DNA from: Mobula hypostoma
Lineage: Eukaryota
DNA length: 64,000 nt
Direction: 5' to 3'
Assembly (NCBI RefSeq): GCF_963921235.1
Contig: NC_086097.1
Location: 224,380,001 to 224,444,000 of the forward strand
Below the pieces are notes generated by a model. That model was not told the origin of the DNA and made no database searches. It worked only from the letters and a program-made list of their open reading frames with translations. The translations under genes and the position numbers were made by a program. This document shows positions 12,601 to 23,812 of the stretch, piece after piece. The number at the start of each line of letters is the position of its first letter. Position 1 is the first letter of the stretch.

Positions 12601-13380
12601 TATGTAAAAACTTGTGGACTTTGAAAAGATTTTTTGACAACATCCACAGAGAGATTCTCTAGTGAACTCTCAGGTCATATCGGATCCCTTCTAGAATTGT
12701 CAGGCTCATCCAGAGTTTTTATGCTAACTGCAACTGCACAGTTGGAGACAGCAATCTGAGCTTTGAAATTGAGACAGGAGTCAGGCTAAGCTATGTGATG
12801 TTAGTGTCGACTTACCGTCACCGGCCGATTCACCTACCTGGGCAGCGACATTCGGCAGGATGGTGTGACCATGGTCAACATCCGGTGCAGAAACGTCTTC
12901 AAAGCAATGAACAACATATGGGGATCAACCAAGTACAGCGTCCACTCCTAGGTGAAGCTATATCAGAGCTGTGTTCTGTCCACACTCATGCATGACTCAG
13001 AACGCTGGTGCATGACAGAGAGTGACGTTACCAAGCTGTCGTCATTACACACCATGAGCCTCCATATCTTCTGGCCAAGAAAGATCTCCAACCACGCCCC
13101 ACCTCTTCAGTGTCATCAAGAAGACATAGCCAAAATCATCATAAAGAAGTGTTGGAGATGGATTGGGCAGATGATGAGAAAAGGGGCCAACTCCATCTTC
13201 AAGACAGCACTTCACTAGACTCCTGAAATGTGGAGGAAATACGTGAAACCAAAGGCAACCTGGTGCCGTACCGTAGAGGCAGAAATGAGGACCCTGAACT
13301 ACACCTGGAGCACAATAGAGAAGATGGCCAAGGACTGAAAGAGGTGGAGGATCTTCCTTGCTGCCCTAAATGGGCAGTAA
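9640..13380 (+). mobile_element. RTE-clade LINE, degenerate, interrupted by a CR1 insertion
   Basis: GPVRDKNGKLLT continues after the insert as TEKEHEAQWTEYFGELLNRP. Also KAPGHD, KLYQSCVLSTL..SERW and WRWIGQ. Confidence 0.85.
10169..12090 (+). mobile_element. Young 5'-truncated CR1 LINE: RT with one frameshift near 10995, 3' UTR and (TATTGTC)n tail
   Basis: KSPGPDGLHP, YLDFQKAFDKVPH, SKFADDTKL, LVRPHLEYCVQFW. Tail at 12073-12090. Confidence 0.95.
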
Positions 13381-13384
13381 GTAC

Positions 13385-14245
13385 AAATACATGTATGTAT
13401 GTATTTGTAGGGGCAATGAAAAACTTACTTGCAGCAGCAATACAATGCAGTATTAACAAGCAAAATACATAAATTAAACAATTTTTGCAAGTAATAGCAT
13501 AATTAGAACCAAAAAAAAGTCCATTTTAGTGCAAAGTGATCAGTGGTCAGTAGGCAAAATAATCAGAGTGATCAATGTGTTGCTAAACTACGGCTGTGTC
13601 ACTTGGTTCAAGAACGGAATGGTTGAGGAGAATTAGCTGTTTTTGAACCTGATGGTGAAGCATTTCGGGCTCTGTACATCCCACTCGATGGTAGCTCTGA
13701 GCAGAGGCCACGACCTTTGATGACGATACTGCCTTCTTGTGGCAGTGTCTCCTGTAGGTACTACGGATGGCGGGGAGAGGTGTGCTGTGATGTGTTCAGT
13801 AGAGTCCTCTGCTCTCTGCAGGTTGTTACGTTCCTGTGTATTTGATTTGGGGTGGCACGGCAGCATAGTGGTCAGCACAATAGTTTGCGGTACAAGCGAC
13901 TCGGGTTCAATTCTCGCCACTGACTGCAAGGAGTTTGCACGTTTTCCCCGTTACCGTGTGAGATTCCTCCAGGTGCTCAGGTTTCCTCCCACAGTCCAAA
14001 GATGTACCGGTTGAGAAGTTTATTGGTTGTTGTAAATTGTCCCGTGATTAGGCTAGGATTAAGTTGGGGGATTGCTGGGTGGTGAGGCTCAAAGGACGAG
14101 AGGGGCCCACTCCACGTTGTATCTTAATAAATAAATTGCCATAACCAACTATGATGCAACTGATCAAGAAACTTTCAACAGTGCATGTGTAGAAGTTTTT
14201 CCAGAGTGTTTGACGACAAGCTGAACCACTTTAACATCTAAAAAA
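13385..14245 (-). mobile_element. Rex1-type LINE 3' fragment hosting a SINE
   Basis: 3' end shared with 60530-60895 (CCATTTTAGTGCAAAGTGATCA). Confidence 0.6.
13851..14135 (+). mobile_element. tRNA-derived V-SINE-like element, near full length
   Basis: A-box-like CAGCATAGTGG, B-box GGTTCAATTC, body GGTGCTCAGGTTTCCTCCCACAGTCCAAAGA and an AATAAATAAA tail. Confidence 0.75.
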
Positions 14246-14303
14246 GTAAAACCTGATGACTTATGTGTGCCCTGCACTGTGTAAGTAGCATATACTGTAG
14301 GTG

Positions 14304-15016
14304 CAAACAACAGGAATTCTGCAGATGCTGGAAATTCAAGCAACATACATCAAAGTTGCTGGTGAACGCAGCAGGCCAGGCAGCATCTATAGGAAGAGGC
14401 GCAGTCGACGTTTCAGGCCGAGACCCTTCGTCAAGACTAACTGAAGGAAGAGTGAGTAAGGGATTTGAAAGCTGGAGGGGGAGGGGGAGATGCAAAATGA
14501 TAGGAGAAGACAGGAGGGGGAGGGATAGAGCCGAGAGCTGGACAGGTGATAGGCAAAAGGGGATACGAGAGGATCATGGGACAGGAGGTCCGGGAAGAAA
14601 GACGGGGGGGGTGGGTGACCCAGAGGATGGGCAAGAGGTATATTCAGAGGGACAGAGGGAGAAAAAGGAGAGTGAGAGAAAGAATGTGTGCATAAAAATG
14701 AGTAACAGATGGGGTACGAGGAGGAGGTGAGGCCTTAGCGGAAGTTAGAGAAGTCGATGTTCATGCTCTCGTATCCTCTTGTATCATGATCCTCTCGTAT
14801 CCCCTTTTGCCTATCACCTGTCCAGCTCTCGGCTCTATCCCTCCCCCTCCTGTCTTCTCCTATCATTTTGCATCTCCCCCTTCCCCTCCAGCTTTCAAAT
14901 CCCTTAATCACTCTTCCTTCAGTTAGTCCTGACGAAGGGTCTCGGCCTGAAACGTCGACTGTGCCTCTTCCTATAGATGCTGCCTGGCCTGCTGCGTTCA
15001 CCAGCAACTTTGATGT
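14304..15016. mobile_element. PLE insertion with an inverted pseudo-LTR duplication (fold-back)
   Basis: Arms 14345-14578 and 14785-15018 are reverse complements with about 4 mismatches. 14-bp TSD ATATACTGTAGGTG at 14290-14303 and 15017-15030. Confidence 0.92.
14925..14960 (+). ncRNA. Minimal type I hammerhead ribozyme motif (intact core)
   Basis: Stem I AGTC/GACT, CTGACGA at 14929-14935, stem II AGG/CCT, GAAA at 14949-14952, GTC triplet at 14954-14956. Confidence 0.8.
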
Positions 15017-15339
15017 ATATACTGTAGGTGAATCAGTTTCACAGGAAAGATATGAATTATGTATCTATAATTACTGATGTTACCCTTGCGCAGCCTGCAT
15101 AGTTCAAGCATATGGATTGAATTATATGATCCTGATTGCAGTTGGTGATTGATTCAGTTCTGCAGTTCAATTGCCTGATACTTATTGCAAGTGTGCTGCA
15201 CCAACAAAACTAAGACAGGGATTTGGCAAAAATGATCAATGTTGCTTGTAAGAATTACATTTTCCTGCATTATTGTAGGTAGAAGGATTTATGTTATATT
15301 TGACATATGAATTATAAATGCTAATGCGATGTCAAAGAG

Positions 15340-15560
15340 CACTGCAGCAATGAAGCAGGCCCTTTGGCCCATCTAGTCTGTGCTGAACTAGCCCCATCGA
15401 CCTGCACTTGAACGACATACCCCTCCCATTCATATGCCTAACCAAATTTCTTTTAAAGGCTGAAACTGAACCCGCATCCTCACCTCATTTGGCAGCTCAT
15501 TCTACACCCTCACTCCCCTCAGAGTGCTGAAGCTCCCCCTCATTCCTCTTAAGTATTTTA
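15340..15560 (-). mobile_element. CR1 3' end fragment, old
   Basis: CAGGCCCTTTGGCCCA terminal motif and CR1 3' UTR similarity. Confidence 0.55.
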
Positions 15561-16299
15561 GCTGTAATTCAATGTTTAATTACTAATATAATTTAATCAG
15601 AGAAAAATATAGCTGGTCTACTAATGAATGTTATGAACAAGTCATTACATAAAATAGAGAACCCACAAAGCAAAAAAAGGGAATTATTTTGTTAGTAAAT
15701 GTTGTAGTTAATAACAACTTAATAACATTGCATCATTGAGTTTTACAATTAACTACATTTGAAATGGAATTATTGTCATTTCTTTGCTAAATAATGTAAA
15801 ATTGCAAATATATTTTGTATAGCAGACTTGAAGCACATCTAAGTAATAAAAAATGACAGCATGTTTAATGTGGAATGTTAAAATTATAATATGAAATGAA
15901 ACCATTTTTATATTTGATATTCCCTCTGTTGCCTCTTTTAAACATTTGGGGCAGTGTCAATTTACAATTTTTCTTTGAATTCTTGTTTATATTAGTATAT
16001 CTAATAGAGCCATGAGCTTGAAATACTGTGCACTCACTGAACAATTCCAAAGGGAGAGGTTTCCTCTCATTAAGTTGGCAAAGACAACCATCTGTGGAAA
16101 CCTGCAGTCGGGAAAGACGAGACAGGGCTTTTCAAGCATGAAGGAGCAAGACTAGTAAGCTGTGTGATGGAAAAAGTGGAAGAAAGAAGACTGAGGTGGA
16201 TGAAGGAAAACCAGCTGCCAATGGAGTAACCAATTACAAGGGGCAGGAAGGCAGGAAGATGTATAAAATATAAAAAAGGCCAGATTACAATTTTGAAAT

Positions 16300-16795
16300 C
16301 TATGTACTATTTTGGTCTCCATATTTTGTGAGGGATGCGAAGGCACTGGAGAGAGTTCAGAGAAGGGTGACAAGACTCATTCCAGGTCTGCGGGGTATGA
16401 AATATGAAGAAAGCTTGGAAGAAATAAGTCTTTTTAGCCTAAGTAGACGTAGAATAAGAGGAAACATGATAGAAGTGTTCAAAACCATTAAGGGCATAAG
16501 TAAGGTGAATACCAGCTGTTATTTCAAAATTAATCCATCAATGCGGACACGTGGCTATCGGTGGAGACTAGTTAAAGGGAGATTTCAGACTAACATCAGC
16601 ATTTCTTTACATAGCGGGTTGAGGACACATAGTGCAAACTACCCAGTTGTGTAGTTGAGAGTAGTACCTTAAAGACTTTCAGATGTAAACTTGATGGTTA
16701 TTTCAACACATGATGTAAACAGGAATTTGGCAAGCTTTGTCAGGCCGAATGGCCTGTACTTGTCAAAAATCCTATAGATGTTCTAATGTTCTAAT
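16300..16795 (+). mobile_element. CR1 3' fragment with a TGTTCTAA repeat tail
   Basis: ORF 16328-16654 ALERVQRRVTRLIPGL..SRRRIRGNMIEVFK. Confidence 0.85.
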
Positions 16796-16902
16796 TAAAC
16801 ATAAATAGGAAGCCATTGTGGGGAATAACTAAAACTGCTGAAGAACTGTCAATGAAGTAGAAATGGAATCAAGAATCAAATGTTGCAATATTAGAGGCTT
16901 TC

Positions 16903-18695
16903 TTAGTCATAGTTATAGTCATAGCCATACTTTATTGATCCCGGGGGAAATTGGTTTTCGTTACAGTTGCACCATAAATAATAAATAGTAATAGAAATAG
17001 TAATAGTAATATTACTATTAGTAAATAGTAAATAGTAATATAGAAATAATAAATAGTAATAGAAGATAGTAATAAATAGTTAAATAGTAATATGTAAATT
17101 ATGCCAGTAAATTATGAAATAAATCCAGGACCAGCCTATCGGCTCAGGGTGTCTGACCCTCCAAGGGAGGAGTTGTAAAGTTTGATGGCCACAGGCAGGA
17201 ATGACTTCCTATGATGCTCTGTGCTGCATTTCGGAGGAATGAGTCTCTGGCTGAATGTACTCCTGTGCCCACCCAGTACATTATGTAGTGGATGGGAGAC
17301 GTTGACCAAGATGGCATGCAACTTAGACAGCATCCTCTTTTCAGACACCACCGTGAGAGAGTCCAGTTCCATCCCCACAACATCACTGGCCTTACGAATG
17401 AGTTTGTTGATTCTGTTGGTGTCTGCTACCCTCAGCCTACTGCCCCAGCACACAACAGCAAACATGATAGCACTGGCCACCACAGACTCGTAGAACATCC
17501 TCAGCATCGTCTGGCAGATGTTAAAGGACCTCAGTCTCCTCAGGAAATAGAGACGGCTCTGACTCTTCTTGTAGACAGCCTCAGTGTTCTTAGACCAGTC
17601 CAATTTATTGTCAATTCGTATCCCCAGATATTTGTAATCCTCCACCATGTCCACACTGACCCCCTGGATGGAAACAGGGGTCACCGGTACCTTAGCTCTC
17701 CTCAGGTCTACCACCAGCTCCCTAGTCTTTTTCACATTAAGCTGCAGATAATTCTGCTCACACCATGTTACAAAGTTTCCTACCGTAGCCCTGTACTCAA
17801 CCTCATCTCCCTTGCTGATGCATCCAACTATGGCAGAGTCATCAGAAAACTTCTGAAGATGACAAGACTCTGTGCAGTAGTTGAAGTCCGATGTGTAAAT
17901 GGTGAAGAGAAAGGGAGACAAGACAGTCCCCTGTGGAGCCCCAGTGCTGCTGATCACTCTGTCAGACACACAGTGTTGCAAGTACACGTACTGTGGTCTG
18001 CCAGTCAGGTAATCAAGAATCCATGACACCAGGGAAGCATCCACCCGCATCGCTGTCAGCTTCTCCCCCAGCAGAGCAGGGCGGATGGTGTTGAACGCAC
18101 TGGAGAAGTCAAAAAACATGACCCTCACAGTGCTCGCTGGCTTGTCCAGGTGGGCGTAGACACGGTTCAGCAGGTAGACGATAGCATCCTCAACTCCTTG
18201 TTGGGGCTGGTAGGAGAACTGGAGGGGATCTAAGTGTGGCCTGACCATAGGCCGGAGCAGCTCCAGAACAAGTCTCTCCAGGGTCTTCATGATGTGGGAG
18301 GTCAATGCCACCTGTCTGTAGTCATTGAGGCCGCTGGGGCGTGGCGTCTTCGGCACAGGGACGAGGCAGGACGTCTTCCACAGTACAGGAACCCTCCGGA
18401 GCCTCAGACTCATGTTGAATACATGGCAAAGTACTCCACATAGCTGAGGGGCACAGGCTTTGAGCACCCTGGTACTGATACCATCCGGTCCTGCAGCCTT
18501 GCTTGGGTTGAGACGTTTCAGCTGTCTTCTCACCTGTTCAGCTGTGAAGCCCACCATGGTGGTTTCGTGTGGGGAAGGGGTATAGTTATGAGAGCAGGGT
18601 GGGGGACTGTGAGGAGGGGTAGGAGGGGAGAGTGGAATATGTGTTGGTTGGGGGACGACAACAGATGTGGGGGATGGGCATTTGTTTCTTGACAA
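16903..18695 (-). mobile_element. Young 5'-truncated Rex1/Babar LINE with a (GACTAT)n-like tail
   Basis: Uninterrupted RT ORF, an AT-rich 3' UTR at about 16975-17100 and tail repeats at 16903-16930. Confidence 0.92.
17136..18695 (-). CDS. Rex1-type reverse transcriptase (519 aa open frame, no endonuclease domain)
   Basis: KAAGPDG, ALTSHIMKTLERL, VMFFDFSSAFNTI, TGAPQGTVLSP, QKFSDDSA, YKYLG, RLYFLRRL. The true element start is missing. Confidence 0.85.
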   Translation of the reverse strand: MSRNKCPSPTSVVVPQPTHIPLSPPTPPHSPPPCSHNYTPSPHETTMVGFTAEQVRRQLKRLNPSKAAGPDGISTRVLKACAPQLCGVLCHVFNMSLRLRRVPVLWKTSCLVPVPKTPRPSGLNDYRQVALTSHIMKTLERLVLELLRPMVRPHLDPLQFSYQPQQGVEDAIVYLLNRVYAHLDKPASTVRVMFFDFSSAFNTIRPALLGEKLTAMRVDASLVSWILDYLTGRPQYVYLQHCVSDRVISSTGAPQGTVLSPFLFTIYTSDFNYCTESCHLQKFSDDSAIVGCISKGDEVEYRATVGNFVTWCEQNYLQLNVKKTRELVVDLRRAKVPVTPVSIQGVSVDMVEDYKYLGIRIDNKLDWSKNTEAVYKKSQSRLYFLRRLRSFNICQTMLRMFYESVVASAIMFAVVCWGSRLRVADTNRINKLIRKASDVVGMELDSLTVVSEKRMLSKLHAILVNVSHPLHNVLGGHRSTFSQRLIPPKCSTEHHRKSFLPVAIKLYNSSLGGSDTLSR

Positions 18696-18715
18696 GGAAA
18701 CAAATGGAGGAAGAC

Positions 18716-18850
18716 AAACATGAGAAAATCTGTAGTTGCTGGAAATTCAAAGCAACACACACAAAATGCTGGAGGAACTCAGAAGGTCAGGCAGCATGTA
18801 TGGAAAGGAGTAAACAGTCAATGGGTCAGGTTGAGATCCTTCATCGGGAA
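18716..18850 (-). mobile_element. PLE pseudo-LTR fragment with a decayed hammerhead
   Basis: GCTGGAAATTCAAAGCAACACACACAAAATGCTGGAGGAACTCAG, same family as 7450. Confidence 0.7.
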
Positions 18851-19802
18851 GAATTAGAATAATCAATGGAACTAAGATGGTCAGATGTTTCACTGTATGA
18901 AAAGAATATTTGAATCATTGATCAGAGGGATACAGAGATGCTCCGGAGATCTCAAAGAACATTAAGGACTTTGGACATTTGGAACATAAGAACTGGATAA
19001 TGTCATCTTCCTTATAACAACCCTGCTTTTAAACTTGGCTGGTATACATTTCTGCATCATTTAGGATCCCACGTTTTCTGATTTGGTTAGCAAACTAACA
19101 AAAATAACAAGGATCTTAATTAATTCTGCTTAACAAGCTGTTAAGGGCAACTTCCTGATTTCTACCTACCTTTGTACATAAAGGTACTACAAACATTTTG
19201 AACCCATCACCTTTAATTTCACAATGATTACAGGTCATTCTGGATTCCCCACCAGAACAATCTCTTCAATCTCTTTTATTTTGATAATTTTAGAGAAAGC
19301 AATAGATATTTGTCATTGTATGAATTATACAATGGACCTGATAACAAGTTTGTGGAGTGTCAAGCTAATCTAAACAGTACTGAACTAAAGTGAACGTGCC
19401 TTAATGGCAGGACATGATGCAGGGACTTTCAGTTCTAGATATAAGTCAAAATTGTCGATATATATGATGCATATTTGAAAGGAATTAAGGGTTGGTGACC
19501 TCTCTGTGCTCGTCAACAGCAATATTAGGTCTTCCTCACTCTTCACATCATCATCGGTGCACCAATAAGTATACAAGTAAAGGTTTCATTGAAGAGATGT
19601 TTGGATAAGTACATGTATGGGATGGATTTGGAGGGATACAGTCAAGGTACAGGTGGACGGGACTAGACAGAGGATCAGGTTTACATGGACTAGATGGGCT
19701 AAAGGGCCTATTTCTCTGCTGAAGTTCTTTACGACTCGATGACTCGATTCTCCAATTTAAAAGAAAGACATTTAATTTATGAAGCAGTTTTACATAAATT
19801 TT

Positions 19803-20172
19803 GGGTGGCAGGGTGGAGATACATCTCTACCAAAGGAGGTGTAAGGCACCCTTCCCCTCCGCTGGCCTGAAGGTCACCCTTGGGTGAGGTATAGCACCCG
19901 CTTAGCCCCTCTATCAGGGTCACGTGAAGCCATGGGAGCAGGTGGTGGATGAGCAGCTGGTGCAGATCAAAGTCCTGGTTATGGGATCACTGACTCCAGG
20001 CAGACAATCTCTGAAGAGTATTGATAATGGCTGGGGTCACCTGTCTTGTAAAGACACAGCCCAGAAGAAGGCAATGGCAAATAACTTCTGTAGAAAATTT
20101 GACAAGAATAATCATAGTCGTGCATAAACCATGATCGCTCACGTCATACAACGTAGCACATAACGATGACAA
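19803..20172 (+). mobile_element. Short non-autonomous RTE-related element
   Basis: RTE-like 3' motif GGCAATGGCAAA..ACTTCTGTAGAAAA..CCATGATCGC and a GAT/GAC repeat tail. Confidence 0.5.
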
Positions 20173-20239
20173 CGAGTAGTTTTAACATTCTATATGGAGT
20201 CATAGAGACATAGAGAAGTACAGCACAGCACAGGCCCTG

Positions 20240-21860
20240 TGCATTGTGGAAGGTTCTGCGTATTGATGTGTATAGTTCAGCCCTCTTTAGCCTCCTCAGC
20301 ATGTAGAGGTATCGGTGAGATTTCATGATTGTGTAGGATGTGTTCTGAGACCATGAGAGGTTGCGTGAGATATGTACTCCCAGGAGTTTGAAGCTGCTCG
20401 CAGTTTCCTCTGTTGTGCCACAGATGTAAAGAGTTCAAATTCACTTTCAAGTTCAAGTTTATTGTCATCTGACTATAATTATATGCAAACAAACGAAACA
20501 ATGTTCCTCCGGACCACCATTCACTTACAATACATATATCACACACAGCACATAAAACAATATGTTACCATAAATGTTAATAAAATATAACCTAAAATAT
20601 ATATAGTGCACAGCACGGGGTAAATAGTGAACAGTAATCAGTACAGTTAACGGTGACGAGACCTCAGTGGTGGCAGGGTCTCACAGCCTGAGGGAAGAAG
20701 CTGTTATCCAGTCTGCAGTCCTAGTCCTGATGCTTCTGTACCTCCTTCCTGATGTTAGTGGGTCAACGTGATTGCAGGATGGGTGCCTTCTTGACTAGTG
20801 AGGAGGTGTTGCGGGTCCGGGTTAAATCATCTGTTATGTGCACACCAGGAACTTTGTCCTTTTCACTCTTTCCACAGCAGAGCCATTGATGTGGAATGGA
20901 GAGTGGTCAACCTGTGCTTCCCTGAATTCCACAGTCATCTCTTTTGCCTTGCCCACATTGAGACTCAGATTGTCGTTCTCACACCATTTGGCAGGCCTCC
21001 CTATCTCCTCTCTGTCTGCTGGCTCATCATAGTTGCTGATGAAGCCAACCACTGTTGTAGACTCAGCGAACTTGGTTTGAGCTGGATCTGGCAGTGCAGT
21101 TGTGACTCATCAGTGTAATCAGCAGTGCTCAGCGTGATGGAGCTTGAGATGTGGCAGCCAACTCGTTCTGTCTGGGGTCTTTCCATCAAGAAGTCCAAGA
21201 TCCAGTTACAGAGAGGGGTGCTGAGTCCCAATCAGCCTCTAAGGGATGATCGTGTTAAATGCCAAACTGAAGCCCATGAACAAAATCCTGGCGAGGAGGC
21301 AGCGTTTTCTAGGTGGGACAGGATGGAGTGGAGGGCCAAGGCTATGGCTTCATCAGTAGACCGTTTTGAGCAGTAAGGTAAACTGGAAAAGGTCCATCGT
21401 AGCCGGAAGTTGAGATTTTATGCAGTCTATCACAAGCTACACAAAGCACTTCATGATTGTTGAAGTCAGTTCTGAGAGGTGTGTGAATGGTACAAGTTCT
21501 TCTAAAGTCAATAACTATCTTCTTTGTCTTGCTGACTTAAGAAGGAGGTTATTTGCCTGGCACCAGGTCTCGAGCTCTTCCAGCTCCTCTCAGTAAGCCA
21601 TCTTATCGTTGCTGGTGATGACTGTTGTGTCATCGGCGAACTAGACAATGTGATTACTTGGGTGCGTGGCCGTACATTCGTGTGTGAGCAGAGTGTTGAG
21701 GATGATGGGAGGGAGGAGCAGTTGTACATCCTGACTAGTGAGGTCCGTTGGTTACGAGCTCCAACACCCAGTTGTACGGTGGTGTATTTCGACTGAGGAG
21801 TAGGAGTTGGTTCAGCAAAGTCTGTGGGACAACCCTGCTGAATGCCAATCTGAAAAACAG
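20240..21860 (-). mobile_element. Several degenerate Rex1-type LINE fragments
   Basis: YLYMLRRLKRA, KWCENDNLSLNVGKAKE and [12 protein letters not shown]. Confidence 0.75.
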
Positions 21861-21884
21861 TATAAAGACATGACAGGGAGTGGG

Positions 21885-22290
21885 TTACCTGAAATGAGGA
21901 ATTTCAGAGATCACAGCCTAGCGAAATATAAGGTACGATTCTGCTGACTTATGTTTGTTCTCACATTGGCCGCAGAGAAAGCTGAGGACAGACAGGCTGT
22001 GGTAATAGGAAGATTAATTGAAATAATATCCAAATAGGAGCTTGAAATGGCCATCATAGACAGAGTGCAGGCGCTCCACATGGCAGCTTCCAGGTCGATG
22101 CTTAGTCACACTGCTGTAGAAGAAGCCATATTGAGAGCACCCAATGGCAATAGCCGAGGATGGGGGAGGTCAACATGAATCTCTGCCTCACCTGGAAGGG
22201 CGGTAAGATCTCTGGATCGGGGTGATGGAGGTGGTGTAAGGGCAAATGCTACCCCTCCTACGGTTGTAGGAGAAAGTGCCAGGGGACAGG
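21885..22290 (-). mobile_element. Degenerate PLE GIY-YIG fragment
   Basis: TGCCTCACCTGGAAGG and surrounding similarity to 7875-8250. Confidence 0.55.
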
Positions 22291-22444
22291 AGGGGTGGGC
22301 ATTCTATCTGATCTGACAGGAATGTGGAGAGAATAAAATGGGATTATTATAGAATTAGTGTAAACGAATTCTTAAGGTTTACTGTGGACCTGACAGATCA
22401 GGAGCATGTTTCCGTGCTCTGTGACTCTCTGACTCCGTGATAAG

Positions 22445-23812
22445 TAATAATTCCCTCAGAATTATTACAGCAAAGCCTCTTCTTCCTTAGGAGTCTGCAG
22501 AGATTCAGCATGACGTGCAAGACTTTGACAAACTTCTCTAGGTGTGTAGTGGAGACTATATCGACTGGCTGCATTACAGCCTGGTATGGAAACACCAATG
22601 CCCTTTAATGGAAAATTAACGGAAAAGTAGTAGTTACGGCCTAGTCTATCATAGGGAAAGCACCCCCCAACCATTGAACACACCTCCATGATACACTTTC
22701 ACAGGAAAGCAGCATCCACTTTTAGGGACCCCACCACCCAGCTCATGCTCTCTGCTCACTGCTGCCATCAGGAAGAAGGAACAGGAGACTCAGGACTCAC
22801 AGTACCAGGTCCAGGAACAGTTACTATCCCTCAACCATCAAGAAGAACTTCATGCAACTTGCTCCATCATTGAAATGTTCCCACAATTAATTGACTCACT
22901 TTCAAGAACTCTTCACCTCTTGTTCTCGATACTTATTGCTTCTTTATTTATTATTATTATTTGTTTCTTATTGTACTGAGGAGAGAGGAGAAGATGGCAG
23001 CGCGACGCAGCGTGTGCGCCGTTCCGAATGTTATCATATGTGTAACTAGGGGCCGTGCACAATCCGGATTTGATGGAGACAGCCGGGAGAAGTGCAGAGG
23101 AACATCTGGAGTAACTTCTGAAATGCCCACTTCGCTACCGCTGCTACTGTGCGATCGAGAATCTCCGGAGACGAAGGCCCCAAATCCTCGGCTTTGCGTA
23201 TCACCTGTTGCCGGGGTCGGGGTCAAAGCGCTCAGCAGAGATGGTTCTCGGTGCTCGGTGTCGAATAGGTGGTTGGAGGCTCGGAGTTTTTCCGATGGAC
23301 TCGGAGTTGGACTGTGGTCGGATGCTTCCGCAATGCTGCACCGGCAAGTTGGCGGCGCTGGAGGTTTACCGTCTGCGTGAGATGATGGGACTTTCGAGAG
23401 ACTTTGAGACTTTTACTGTGCCATGGTCTGCTCTTATCAAGTTACGGTATTGCTTTGCACTGTTGTAACTATATGTTATAATTATGTGGTTTTTGTTAGT
23501 TTTTAAGTTGGCTTGTCATGTGTTTTTCGTGATATCATTCTGGAAAAACATTTTATCATTTCTTAATGCATGCATTACTTAATGACAATAAAAGGGGACT
23601 GCGTGTCCTCATAATCATATTTGCACAGTTTGCTGTCTTCGGCAGTCTGGTTGAGTGTCCGGGGGCGGGGGCAGTCTTTCATTGATTCTGTTATGGTTAT
23701 TATTCTGTAGATTTATTGAGTATGCCCACTAGAAAATGAATCTCAGGGTTGTATGTGGTGACATATATGTACTTCGATAATAAATTTACTTTAATCTTTG
23801 AACTTCAAACTT
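22445..23812 (+). mobile_element. Rex1-type LINE 3' part, interrupted at about 22975-23617
   Basis: TGCITAWYGNT and LLPSGRR motifs. The 3' UTR resumes at 23618 and ends in TTTGAAC-like repeats. Confidence 0.7.
22975..23617 (+). mobile_element. CpG-rich short non-autonomous retroelement inserted in a Rex1-type 3' UTR
   Basis: Starts GAGGAGAAGATGGCAGCGCG. Ends GACAATAAAAGGGGACTGCGTGTCCTCATAATCATA. Host sequence is continuous across it. Confidence 0.55.

Noticed and set aside
13851..13925. Possible tRNA gene
   Set aside because: It has only A/B boxes, no convincing cloverleaf, and is followed by a SINE body and tail.
14263..15007. Two near-identical peptides (LVNAAGQAASIGRG..) on opposite strands, also at 7499 and 26674
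   Set aside because: They are translations of the non-coding PLE pLTR and its inverted copy, not a gene family.
16975..17100. AT-rich AATAGT-type repeats
   Set aside because: This is a low-complexity expansion within the Rex1 3' UTR.
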